Source of the DNA: Lepidodermella squamata
Taxonomy: Eukaryota; Animalia; Gastrotricha
NCBI GenBank assembly: GCA_047495785.1
Contig: JBLDXI010000003.1
Coordinates: forward strand, 2,170,001 to 2,234,000
Reading direction: 5' to 3'
DNA: 64,000 bases
Shown: piece by piece, positions 12,680 through 23,451 of the stretch
How positions within the stretch are numbered: position 1 is the first letter of the stretch
Layout of the letters: every line of letters begins with the position of its first letter
Position numbers and translations under genes: made by a program
Notes under the pieces: model-generated
The model's database searches: none
What the model was told of the DNA's origin: nothing
What the model saw: only the letters and a program-made list of their open reading frames with translations

Positions 12680-13956
12680 ATGAGCCAATAGCACCACTAA
12701 TGGGGGATTCTCGCAGTTGATTTGAACTTACAACAGAAAACGGGAACTTGTCCGCCATGTACTCCAAAACATCGAATGAAGGTACCTCGAAATCTATGCA
12801 GCATTGGAGAAGTATATCTCTCCATTTATCTTTCTTCATTGCGTCCAAACCCTTTTCTTCGACTAAACACTTCAGTATTTCCAGATCGGCCGATTTTGCC
12901 GCGTGATGCAGGGCGCCTAGGCCATCGTCATCGACAACATTAATATCGCATCCTCTATTTAACAAAAATTTGACGACGGGTAAATCCCCGAGCATACAAG
13001 TACGTAGAATTATAGTTGCACAAGCCGAATTCTTGGCCTGTTCACCGCCAGGCAATATTTTGAGCAGATAGCTTAAGAGTTGGATCTCGTTCTCGCTTTT
13101 GATGCTTCCAGCCGCCAGACAAATAAGACTCCCGCCATTATGATCGACAACTTTAGTGTTAGCACCTTTCGCCACCAAATATTTCACAACGTCGATATTC
13201 CGTTGCTTGACAGCCGCTTGAAGTACGCTACGTCCATGAGTTGCACAATCATTCACGTCCAGTTTTTGCTCCTCGACCAAGTTTTTTCACTCAGCTTAAT
13301 ACAGGGTTAATGATACTAATTGTTTTTCGAACGCTCGCTATTCCTTCACAATGAGGTTCCCCGGTTCCATATTTTACCATCAGCTGTCCGAATTAGATGC
13401 TTTATGAGGTGTCCGAACCCACCAAGTCTCATAGCTAATTCCTCGTCGTTAATAAGTCACCATTTCTCTAAGTTGGAAAGGGGAAATTAAAAACCTCTCG
13501 AATAATTTTGTTCCAAGTTCCGAGCGTTAATTTCAATTCATTTTCTCAGTTCCCCAGCTGCTAAAAGGTAAGGAAGGCTGCTATGAAAAGGCATCGTGAA
13601 TCATGAATGCGATGCCTGACGACCTTTTCCTTATTTTAAAGATTCATTTCATTCTCGTCAGCCGTGAAAACTCAAGCCGCAAAGACGAATGACGGAGAGT
13701 CTTAAAAATGGAACAATTGATAGGCTGAGAAATATTCGTAATATGTATTAATTTAAGTGTTTAAAGCTCTTCTGTTGACAGATGTTGATTGTTAATTGCA
13801 ACGCAATCAATGAATTCAGCAGATAGGTATTCAGTTTATTTCTAAAGAGAATTTGCCACTTCATTAAAAGGTGGAAAGCACACGCAACCATACCAGTCGA
13901 GAATGTTTAAAGATTTACGCAATGAATGATGAATGTCAAGTAATTTTTGGGCGATG

Positions 13957-14417
13957 TTACATCTTGGTGAAGTATATGAGTGCTGTGGCACCGATGAGGA
14001 GAGCAGCTAGCGGTGCAATCATTTCACCCGAATTGCATTTGTCGGTTGTGCAACAGTAGAGATCGGAACACACAGAAAGAATGCAGGCGCTACTCGGGGA
14101 GCAGCTAGTTGCGCAAGTCTTTGTAATAGAGTTAATCACAGATGATTTCACAACAGCTTTCTGTAAAAAAGACAATGTAGAAGACAATGAAGATTCCAAC
14201 TAGGTATTGTTTTGACTTACCGTGCAAGCTGTGTATTGCGTCCCATTGCAGGTATTTGTTGTTCCGTCGCCGCCATCGTAGCATGTCAAGGCATCTACAC
14301 ATCAAATGTTACAATGTACAATTCAGTATTTACAAATGGGAATTCCCAAAAATTACCCGCGCATGCGATAAAGGCAGCCAAGGCAAAAATGACATACAAA
14401 GCTTTTAAAGTGGCCAT
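13957..14417 (-). CDS. Ly6/uPAR (three-finger) GPI-anchored protein, copy 2, 3 exons
   Basis: MATLKALYVIFALAAFIACA-DALTCYDGGDGTTNTCNGTQYTACT-KAVVKSSVINSITKTCATSC...CCTTDKCN plus GPI signal; same intron positions as copy 1. Confidence 0.9.
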
Positions 14418-14737
14418 AGCAAGAGATGAAAACTTCGTTGATGGGAGCAGATGAACTGTTTAGATGCAGGTTTTGTGATTGTTAACTCGGTCGTGATTCG
14501 GCTCTTTATAAGCCGCTGCCGCCACTCAATTTGGTCATCTGCCAATTCTTCAGTTGCCTCCGCCATAGTTCTGAGTCAAACACTTTTACTTGGAGTGCCC
14601 GGGAGGCAATTAACATTTTCCAAGCGGCGAAAATCGCCAGAAATTTGACGCTTGAGTGACCGGTTAATTGCTTTTTGCAGCAATATTACTCAAACATCAG
14701 ATCTACATAGGCGCTCATCTTCTTCGGTTATGCGTCC

Positions 14738-14819
14738 AGGTGAGTTAATAAAAGTGTTGATGAAGACGAAACGTGACTAGGTGAGTTAATAAAAGTGTTG
14801 ATGAAGACGAAACGTGACT
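14738..14819. repeat. Exact 41-bp tandem duplication
   Basis: aggtgagttaataaaagtgttgatgaagacgaaacgtgact at 14738-14778 and 14779-14819. Confidence 0.95.
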
Positions 14820-15006
14820 TGAGGTTATAGACTCCAAGTTGTATTTTTAGTCACTTGCAAATATGCACGACAAGTATTGCATCTTCAAGGGCAATTTTAT
14901 TATTCATTATTCTCAAGTCGCAACCCTATCGAAATTTGAAAAGCAGGCAAGGCAGGACGATTGAGCCAATCGTTAAACACCCGATCAACCCGATACAACT
15001 GATCGG

Positions 15007-17384
15007 TCATTCGGTAGCAAGTTCACATTTATCTACATGGCGCTCAAGAGCGAGAAGCAAGGAGCGCACCCACTTCCACTCTCGCATTGCAACAGCTAGA
15101 GCAATGGGCGATACACCTTTCTTGTTCGAAGTTACAATGGAAAGCGGAAACTTATCAGCCAAGAACTCTAGTACTTCCAGCGATGGAACTAGCAAATCTA
15201 TACAAGAATGGAGAGGCGTACTTCCAGCCTTGTCTTTCTGCATGCCATCAAAACCAAGTTGTTCGACCAGAAATTTTGCAATGTCGAGACGGAACGACCG
15301 AGCAGCGTAATGTAAAGCGCCAGATCCATCTTCTTCCAATACGTTGATATCACAGCCTCTAGCCATCAAAAACTTAACGACGGGCAAGATGCCGTACGAG
15401 CATACGCCTAAAATTGGCGTTGCGTCAATGTCGTTTCTGGAGTGCTCACCGCCCGGCAGAACTTGGAGCAAATATCTCAGAATTGGGATCTCGTTCTCGT
15501 CTTTGACGCTTTCAGCTGCCACACAGATCAAATTTCCTCCGTTCAAATCGCCGACTTTCAAGTCTGCCTTCTTCTCGACCAAGTATTTGACAACATCGAA
15601 CTTTCGTCTGTCGATAGCACTTTGCAGGACGCTTCTGCCAAAAGTTGCCCGTTCATTCACATTCAGCTTTCGCTCCTCGACCAGGAATTTCACGATATCC
15701 AGGCCGCCTTCGCAAGCGTCGAAAAGCAGACTGAAACTGGAGTGATTTTTCATCTTGACCAGCTTCGGACACCTTCGCGCTAAATACTTCAGATTTTTCA
15801 ACTGGCCACTTTTGGCAGCAATCGCGAGCGGGGAATCCAGAGGCATGCGCCAGTCAGGGAACTTCGCGTCGAATCGACCTTTGTTATCGATCTCGACCTT
15901 CAATTCTTCGACGAAAAGTTTGAGAATGTCAAGATTTGGCTGGGAAGCCGCACAGCCAATCACCGTTCGATCACCATCCAATAGAAAAGAGTTGGCGATA
16001 AAATCGGATACGCCACTGGGAAGCTTAGGATCAAGAACAATTCGCCGAACAAGACCGAGATCTCCCTGCTTAATCGCGTTGTCCAGGCGTTCTTTTTCAA
16101 ACGGAATTTCCGAAAAATGAGAATATTTGAAGCGACTCGAGCCATCTTCGTCTTCCCTCTCAATTGTTGCCAATTCACAAGTTTTCTCGATGATAGCGAA
16201 AATACGGTTGGTGAGAGACTTATTTGGCTTGAATTCAATTTTGGGTTCGAGCGCCGTTCTAACAGGGTCTTCAATTCGACGAAGCTATAAGAAAAATTCA
16301 TGAAATTCAGGAATAAAACGTGAACATGAACCAAGTTGAAACACACATTTTTGTCTTGCCCTTTCACTGTTTCCAGCAACTTCGCGGCTTCCGGAAGGTA
16401 AGAACGCGTCGGAAGTTGACAGTGCTTCACCCCATTCGACGCGTGCCTGGCATCATCAACCATAATTCGTCGCTCCTTGAATTTGGCTTGAAGGATCGAA
16501 AGCGATTTTTCGCGACTACGCTCCAGTAACCACTGAATCTCTGTGGCCAAAGAGTTGAAGTGATCATTGATCTGTTTTGCCAATTCAGCTTCTGCCTCGT
16601 CAACTTTTTCTTCGAATGTGCTCTGCAAACTTTCGAAATGCAAGGAAGCTTTCTCAGAACGTTCTTGGAACTAGCAAAAAATCCAAACAATCAAGTGTAA
16701 ACAAGTTCAAAATTTCAGACGTACATTGACCGAAAGCCAGCTGCTTTCAAGTTTCAGTCGCTCAGCATGTGAGACCGAACAAGGCTCGCAAAACATTTTC
16801 TGGCAATGCCCACATTTGATAGCATTCTGGTCGAAAAGATCTCCATGAGGGCAGTGCTCGCCGATCAAAACATTTTGATAGTCTTTGAGGGTTCGGATCG
16901 CCCCCATTGACTTCGCTAAAGCGGTGTTTGGCTTAAATTCGCCTTGATTAAATTCGAAAGTGTTAGGGCGTGAAGGATAGAAAGATAACACATACCTGCA
17001 GCAGCCAACCGGTTCTCCTTACCACATACAGGACATTCTACCAACTTGAAACTACTTCGTGTTTTCCTGACCGAATCGGCGCAACTGCTGCAGAGTGAAT
17101 GACCACATAGAGGTAGCAAAATCGGGGATGAGAAAACTTCATGACAATCCGGGCATTTTAATGACTAGAAGAAAAACATATTTCAAATGAGGACCAACTT
17201 CCTGGTAAAAATTTAAACTTACGTTCATCAATTTGCCATCGAGGTGAAGTATCGATGGTAGCGCGGGCTGTTGGATTTGCTCTGTCGATACCATTTTTTG
17301 AGCTTTTCTATGTATGGCCTTTCTGACCCTTGAAGCGTTCCTAGAACTATTAAGCCCCAAAGTATTGGACTGGCTGCTTGGCAT
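15007..17384 (-). CDS. TRIM-like RING-HC/B-box/coiled-coil protein with C-terminal ankyrin repeats (TRIM-ANK a), 5 exons
   Basis: RING CPDCHEVFSSPILLPLCGHSLCSSC...CPVC; B-box-like CPHG...CGHCQKMFCEPCSVSH; helical coiled-coil exon; ANK exon (SPLAIAA, GALHYAA, TPLHSC). The exons join through short GT-AG introns. Confidence 0.88.
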
Positions 17385-17571
17385 CCTTGGGGTAGGATGA
17401 AGATAAAGTTCAAATTGGGAAATCTAAAGATAAATCAAAGTGAAAGGATTTTATATTTTGCATTGAAATGTCCGGTAATTCCCGATAAGATCGGTTGAGT
17501 TACTAAAGAGAAGATTACATGCAACTTGCAAAACAAAACTGTTTTCAGACATCTTCGATCACTTTTTACTA

Positions 17572-18615
17572 CCGTCATTTGGGGCAAAATGAACCTTTGG
17601 GGCTAATTGGCCAAAAATTGAGGTTTTCACATTTTTATCGATAGCTCAAAAACTACAAGATAAAACTTCACAAAAATTTACGGGGACGATTATCAACAAG
17701 CCTTTTACAAGCCTGTAAATTTTCAGCCAGGTATGTCCCGGAATGAGGTCACAGCATGTTGTTGTTTAAAGGTGAGTTTGGGGAGGTAAAAACGACTCCT
17801 CTAAATTGAATTACCCGGAGCCAATCACGAGGTTTGATGTTCAGATGAAATTTTTTCCTTCGACCATTTTCGTCGTAGATGACAGCAAAAAAAACCGCGA
17901 CCCCAGGCGATGCACAGGTATGGCTAGGTGATTGTGGCCAAATTACCCCATGGAAAACTCAATGATGGGGGCTAATTGGCCACCCTTATCCTTATAATGG
18001 GTTTTTAATATTTGATGATTGTGAGGGTTGAATGGTCGAGTGGTTGTGATGCGTCATCAGAGCTTGCGAGTGATCTGATGAGCGACGGTTCGAATCCTCA
18101 TAAAGTAGCATTTTTTTTGCAACGCATTTAATTTTTTAATTTTTTCTGTTAATTTTCCATTTTAATTATTCTACTAACACCACGTATCCCGGGCATTTCT
18201 TTTGTTCGGGAGGCGTTTAAAAGTTGCTCAGCAGTAAAACTATCAGAAAAAACGGAGAAACTAATTAAAAATTATTAGTAAAATGGACAATTGAAACCAA
18301 AAAATTAAAAATTAAATGCGTAGCAAAAAAAATGCTACTTTATGAGGATTCGAACCGTCGCTCATCAGATCACTCAAGTTCTGATGACGCATCACAACCA
18401 CTCGACCATTCAACCCTCACAATCATCAAATATTAAAAACCCATTATAAGGATAAGGGTGGCCAATTAGCCCCAAAACACCTGTCCAATTTGCCCCAAAC
18501 CTGGGGCAAAATGAGCTTCCTATAAAATCGGAATCAGGACCCTCTGAAACGTGTAAAAATGCGAAAAAAACAGGGGGTCATTTTTTTCCCGCGGCCATTT
18601 TGCCCCAATTTACGG
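17572..18615. mobile_element. 1044-bp non-autonomous TA-targeting (Tc1/mariner-superfamily-like) DNA element
   Basis: TA|ccgtcatttggggcaaaatg ... cattttgccccaatttacgg|TA; subterminal ggggc(t/a)aa repeats. Excising it restores the TRIM-ANK b C-terminus SELDSKK-stop. Confidence 0.9.
17968..18473. repeat. ~170-bp inverted repeat; each arm carries a tRNA-like Pol III A/B-box unit
   Basis: Arms ~17968-18135 and ~18303-18473. Left arm: A box TGGTCGAGTGG 18033-18043, B box GGTTCGAATCC 18087-18097, T8 18111-18118. These are mirrored at 18398-18408, 18346-18356 and 18325-18332. Confidence 0.85.
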
Positions 18616-21600
18616 TATCAAGTTCACTCTTGCTTACGTAACGCTCAAGAGCGAGAAGCAAACAGCGCGCCCATTTCCACTCACACAGGCCGATAGCTGC
18701 ACCAATAGGCGTTTTGCCACTGTTGTTCGGAGTGATGATCGAGAGCGGGAACTTATCAGCCAAGAAGTCCAATACTTCGAAAGATGGAACTTGCAAATTG
18801 ATACAAGAATGAAGAGGCGTCTCTCCCCATTTATCCTCCTTCATTCCATCAAAACCGAGTTCTTCAACTAAAAATTTCGTTATTTCGGAACCATCGGATT
18901 TTGCAGCGTAGTGTAAAGCCCCAGCGCCACTTCGGTCCAGAGTATTGATATCACAGCCTTTATCTGTCAAAAACTTCACGACGGGCAAAATACCGAACAT
19001 GCAGGCATTTAAAACAGGTGTTGCTCCATAATCATTTTTCAAATCTTCATTCCCAGGCAGAGTTTCGATCAAAAAGTTCAAGATCGGGATCTCGCTTGCG
19101 TCTTTGATGCTTTCAGCCGCCAAGCTTATCAAATTCCCATCATCCATTTCTCCACAATGCAAATCAGCGCCTTTTTCGACCAAGTATTTAACAAGATCGA
19201 GGTTCCTTTCCTCGGTGGCCCTTTGGAGAACGCTTTGCCCGACTTTGCCAACATCATTCAGGTCAAGTTTCTGCTCTTCGATCAAATATTTCCCAATTTC
19301 AAGACCTCCGTAACAGGCATCGAAAAGCAGATTCTGGCCAGCGTGATTTTTGCCCTTTATGAGCTTCGAGCATTTTTCTGCCAAGTACTTCAGATTCTCC
19401 AGCTTTCCCGACTTAGCGGCAATCGCAAGTGGGGACCTCAGAGGAATAGGAAAATGGAAATATTTTGCATCGAACCGACCATGGTTATCGATGTCGACGT
19501 TCAGGTCTTCGGCGAAGAACTTGAGTATCTCTAGATTGGATTGAGAAGCCGCAGATCCAATTGCCGTGCGATCCCCATCCATAAGAAATGCATTTGCAAT
19601 GAAATCAGAACAACTTTTCGGGAGTTTTGGATCTAAAACAATTTCGCGCACTGCGCTGAGATCACCCTTCTTAATAGCATTGTCGAGATGTTCGATTTCG
19701 AAAGGAATTTCCCAGAAATGGCAGGTGTTGAAACGACCAGGCCCATCGTCGTCTTTCACCTCGGCGAATGACAATTCACAGGTTTTGTCGATCAATCCAA
19801 AAATGTGTTCAGTTAGAGCTTTATTTGGCTCGAATTTGATATCAGGTTCTAGGCAGCTTCGAACAGGGTCCTCGAGACGGCGGAGCTGAAGAAAAATGGG
19901 CAAATTGAAGCTAAAATTTATAATTTTTTTCAAAATGACCAGCGTGTTAAAGTAATTTTTTGTGCCTGGAACCGTGATCTGATGAGTACGCAAAATCAAC
20001 ATAAAATACAGCGTGTCCCAGAAGTTGCGCAACTATTTTTCAACTTTTTTGTAATTTTTTGTAAGAAATTCGGTTGATTTTATTAAATTAAACCTACCGA
20101 AAGCATAGTTCATCTTTTATCCGAGATTTACCCGAATAAATAAATAAAATTACCGAGGAATACCCGGAAACCCCGATGGGAATGGTTCGGTAATTTTCGG
20201 TAATTTACCCCCCGGCTGAAACAAATTTCTCCCGACTATTTTAATCCCATCAGCAAGTGACATACTTCATTTCAATTTTTGTGAAACTTTTGGCCATGAG
20301 AGGTGACTTCGTCTCTCACTTTAGAATTTCTGAAACCTTTTCCGTGTATTTTCCTTTCTTGCGTTACTTATGGAACATGCTGTACTATAAAACTTTGGAA
20401 ATCAAAATGGCCCAGACAAATTTGTTATCATGCGAATTCTTCAGCTCAAATTTTGGTTCGCAAAATTCAAATTGAGAATGAATACGCTTTAGGGAATAAT
20501 CGTCCGCAAGAAAGCAGAGAATCGTAAAAACTGATGAAATCTCCATTTTGCGTTTGCTAATTTGCAATTAAAAATGTATAAGCCTATTCGTGGTTCGTGG
20601 GCTTGATGATTTGCTATAGCGACGATGCGAAGAACTAAACAGTGCTTGATTCCTAGCTAGAATAATATCAAATCTGGAATATCGAAACGTACCATCTTGT
20701 CCTGTTCCTTCACAGTTTTCAGCACCTCAGCAGCTTCCAGAAGGCAAGAACTCACTGAAAATTCGCATTGGTTAACACTTCTTAGCAAATCGCAAATTCC
20801 ATCACCGATTTTCTCCAGCCGCTCCTCGAATTGGGTCTTGAGACTTTTGAGCGCCTTCTCGCGACTCGCCTCAATAAGAACTTGTACTTTCGCGGCAAGG
20901 GAGTCAAAGTGGTCATGAATTTGATTCTCCAACTCGGTCTCGCGTTCCGCCAATTTTCGCTTCGCTACATGTCGATTACCATCAAAGTTCAATAAAGCCT
21001 CCGAAAATCGTTTACGAAACTGATAAAATTTAGAGAAATACTTCATTGAAATGCAAGAGAAAGCTTCGAACAAACGTTGACTGAAAGCCAGCTGCTTTCA
21101 AGTTTCAGCCGCTCGGGCGATGGAGCAAGGTTCGCAGAAAACTCCCTGACAATGGCCGCATTTGACGGAATCGTCTTCCGAAAGTCCGCCATGAGGACAA
21201 TGCTCTCCGAGTAAAACGGTGTCGTGTTTAAACAGCTTTTTCACCGCCTTGGCTGTATTCGCAAGGGTCGAGTTGCTTTCCCAGTCCTCTTCAAAAGTAG
21301 ATTTCGTCAAAGTTGTAAAAATGTTTGAAAAAACTAACTAGCATTTGAAGCATCGGTGAACCGCCGTTGTTTACCACAAACTGGGCATGGATTTTTCCCG
21401 CTTTTGAATAACTGAGCGCAATTGCTGCAGATCGAATGGCCGCAAATCGGGTTCCAGAGTGGCGATTCGAAAAATTCGCAACACACCGGGCAGTTGAAGG
21501 GCTGGAAACAAAGCAAGAAACTGATCATACGATTGTTCCTCCTTCAAATCTTACCTCTATCAACTTTCCGTCAATTCGCAGCATTTGAGATGAAGTCACG

Positions 21601-21710
21601 ACAGCCGATCGCCTTTGCTCAGCTACAGTCAATTTCAACATTTTCCGCTTGATAGCTTCGCGTATTTTCATCTGATTTTGTCCTTTACCTTTCGAAAGAA
21701 TATTTGGCAT
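18578..21710 (-). pseudogene. TRIM-ANK b, frameshifted (probable pseudogene or null allele)
   Basis: Same exon layout as copy a (RING CPVCC...CGHSICSNC...CPVC). A 5-nt deletion near 21115 (GCC C GAG where paralogs encode x-H-A-E) shifts the frame in the B-box exon. The native stop is displaced by the element at 17572-18615, and a MITE sits in the last intron. Confidence 0.75.
20009..20382. mobile_element. ~374-bp TA-flanked MITE in an intron of TRIM-ANK b
   Basis: TA|cagcgtgtccca ... tggaacatgctg|TA; internal ccccgatgggaatggttcggtaatttt is shared with copies near 22.9 kb and 62.3-62.6 kb. Confidence 0.8.
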
Positions 21711-22916
21711 TTTGAAAATCGATTGATTAATTTCAATTTCAAATCTAAAAAGCAAACAATTATAATTAAATATTAAGGAATATTATACTAAATGTCGTTA
21801 TTTTGTATCTAGAAAATAGATTCCTAGAGGTAAAAATATAAAACTTTCAGGGCAAGGTTTCTTCTCAAAGATAAAGATCACAGCAATCGAAATTCATGGT
21901 GACCGGAATTAGGGGATCCAAAGTGAGGTTTTGAGAGACACTGCTTTCTCCAATCGTTAAAATTCAGCCATAATTAAACAGGTTTCACATCGGCACCACG
22001 GTAAATGATTGTACTCATCTCCCAGAAATGTTTCCAGCCAGGCTAAATGGGCGTAGGAAATGTTGAAATTTGGATTTTTCAACTATACAAAACGTCACGG
22101 TTTAGCTATGAGGTTTAGCTAGAAAAGGCTTTGAAAATTCAAATTATGGTCCTCGAGTTTACTTTCACGAAAGATTATAGAATCATGTTGCCGAGGTAAC
22201 AGCCGGTAGCAATGTTTGTTTACCATACCTCTGCTAAACTTGCAAGCTAAACGAATAAATTATTTTATGAAAACGCTTCACGCTTGCTAACGAGAGTGCC
22301 ATCGAAGAACAAGCACCGCATTAATGAAAGTTTTCGCCTAGTTGCAATAAAAAACAGCGATTTTTTGTTCTTGGAATGAGCGAGCTTGGCAATGTAGGTT
22401 TATGTAGGTCAGGCAATAAAAAGCGAAGAAGCTAGGTCACAATGCGAACGTCAAAATGCGAACGTTAGAAAACCAATTTTAACTAATGCATGGAATTTCA
22501 AAGCCCTCTAGCTCTTGTTAAGAAAATAAGCTCACAGGTGAATGAACGATTTCCAGAAAAAAATCGGAGATAGCGTTAGCGTCATAAATAACTCTGGTGA
22601 TGAGTAAAAAGCGGATTTTTGAACGTGAATGAAGAGGCAAAAACAAAAGACTTTTTACTTGTCACCCATCACCTTGAATGGATGTAATGCCCAAATCCGA
22701 GTTATTCAACGAAGGTAACGATATCGTTTAGGACTTGGGCTAACACGTATTACATTTCCATTAATCTAGTAAAAAATGAAAATTCTCAAAAATTTGCAGG
22801 ATAATTAGGAATCACTTCGTCCACTTCACTTCACATTTTTAAGCTATTAGGCTGGGCTCTACCTTCGGGAAACGTTTCAATGCCACCGCTTCAATATAAT
22901 TTAAAAAAATCGAAGA

Positions 22917-23275
22917 CACCGTGTCTCATAGGTTGCGGAACCATCATTTAATTAAGCAAATTTTTCAAGGAAATTAAATAGATTTTTTGAAATTAACCTC
23001 ACTCGGGGAATCTTCTATCCTTCTATCCTTTACCGGAGAAATGAAAAATTAACCGGAGAATATCCTGAAATCCCCGATGGTAAGGGGTTCGGTAATATTC
23101 GGTTTCACCTGGTTCGATCAAATTTCTTCAGATTTTTCAATCCCATTCAAAAGAGACTCTTATGGAATTTCCATTTTTCTAATCTGGCAATGAGATTTGA
23201 CTTCCTCTCTCATTTTTAATCAAAGTTCCTGATCGCTTTCCCTGCTTTTTTGTTTACGAACCCGATGGTTTCTGT
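22917..23275. mobile_element. Degenerate copy of the 20009-20382 MITE family
   Basis: Starts caccgtgtctcataggttgcggaac; contains ccccgatggtaaggggttcggtaata and ggcaatgagatttgacttc, collinear with the 20009 copy. Right end approximate. Confidence 0.65.
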
Positions 23276-23451
23276 TTAATTTCAATTATGGCGAATTTAT
23301 CTAGTTGAATTAAGATGGAAGTCCCCGACTTTTGCGAGATTCATGGATCGATAGAAAATTGATTCAAGAGCTGTGATAAATGCGAAATCAAAGAATGCAA
23401 GGCAAAGATAATTTTCTAAAATTTATTTCAGCAGCGTAAAATCACGAAAAA

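Larger units (their letters stand above)
12014..13290 (-). pseudogene. 5'-truncated ankyrin-repeat paralog of the TRIM-ANK family, interrupted by a MITE
   Basis: ORF 12546-13280 aligns with the ANK exon of the gene at 15007-17384. Removing 12131-12679 and one ATGA copy restores the frame (GAIGSSQWKWARSFLCAIGRHITECEL). No RING, B-box or coiled-coil exons lie upstream. Confidence 0.85.

Noticed and set aside
14855-16120. Several + strand ORFs over ankyrin exons (also 19104-19889 and 25890-27982)
   Set aside because: Antisense to well-supported ankyrin coding sequence.
18020-18420. Two functional tRNA genes
   Set aside because: A and B boxes are present, but I could not fold a convincing acceptor stem or anticodon arm. 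They lie in a transposon inverted repeat, so I call them tRNA-derived only.
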